Positions 63,638 through 64,000 of a stretch of DNA of 64,000 nucleotides are shown piece after piece. The notes under the pieces are model-generated. The model saw only the letters and a program-made list of their open reading frames with translations, had not been told where the DNA came from and made no database searches. Source of the stretch: a virus (lineage: Duplodnaviria > Caudoviricetes); the IMG/VR virus record IMGVR_UViG_3300037349_000099, positions 2,076-66,075 of that record, one strand, 5' to 3'. The translations under genes were made by a program, and so were the position numbers. The number at the start of each line of letters is the position of its first letter. The first letter of the stretch is position 1.

Positions 63638-64000
63638 GCGGCAGGGGCACCAACACGATTTCAGACAGTACCGACATTTGACAGAGTGGCGTCTCCAGCT
63701 TGCATGGCGGCCCATACCCTCCGCCAGGTGTATCCTTTTTTGCGCCTCAATCGGATAGCTGCTTGCAACCTAAAGAGAATACAAGCCCTTACCCAATCAT
63801 GGGCTGAGCCGTATTGCTTGCTGGGCTCGCTTCAGCACTACACTTGCTCGAATAGGCGGGGTCGATTGGTTCCCACGCGCGTATTCCGATCATCAGAGAG
63901 TTTTCATGGTTCACATATAGGCTCTTCCCTTGGGTGAATCGAGAATTACTGAGAGCGCCCCGCCCATCAACCCCCCTGCCCCCTTCTTCCCAGAGCGTGG

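Larger units (their letters stand above)
62011..63672. mobile_element. Non-autonomous IS1-family derivative carrying passenger genes
   Basis: Terminal IRs GGTACTGTCTTAATTCCGTGTTG and (revcomp) GGTACTGTCTGAAATCGTGTTG; lower GC; internal transposase relic. No target duplication seen. Confidence 0.8.
1..64000. mobile_element. Tailed dsDNA phage/prophage, podovirus-like (partial or near-complete genome)
   Basis: Terminase, portal, capsid-like, tail, ejection, lysis, RecT and DnaB genes in dense ATGA-coupled operons. No host housekeeping operon and no tape measure gene seen. Confidence 0.95.

Noticed and set aside
63673-64000. Short ORFs after the IS right end
   Set aside because: No RBS or motif support; context truncated by the window edge.

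Overview
This 64 kb window is most of a ~60% GC tailed dsDNA phage or prophage with a podovirus-like layout and no tape measure gene. The host is tentatively Acidobacteriota, judged from the DnaB and IS1 style. No integrase or att site is visible. 1-1957 (-): replication initiator, an overlapping loader-like gene and a PAPS-reductase-like protein. 2198-17467 (+): early/middle genes including RecT, a PD-(D/E)XK exonuclease, HNH-AP2, a J-domain protein, a Rad50-like ATPase, ASCH, two HNH proteins, DnaB and many small ORFs. 17397-61883 (-): one long late region ordered small genes > four signal-peptide-bearing tail/adhesin-like proteins > holins > tRNA-like twin cassette > GH108 endolysin > KTSC > portal > scaffold > capsid > tail > ejection proteins > 3913-aa polyvalent protein > TerS > TerL. 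62011-63672: a non-autonomous IS1-family derivative with passengers. Most notable observations: (i) the giant, probably injected protein fuses RelA/SpoT-like, KOW, HAD, N6-methylase and SNF2 domains and hides two out-of-frame ORFs with their own RBS-like sites in its linkers; (ii) a cluster of apparently Sec-exported, tail-module-containing proteins; (iii) a degenerate tRNA and a sister RNA built on the same terminal stem. All assignments come from motif recognition by eye; no database search was run.
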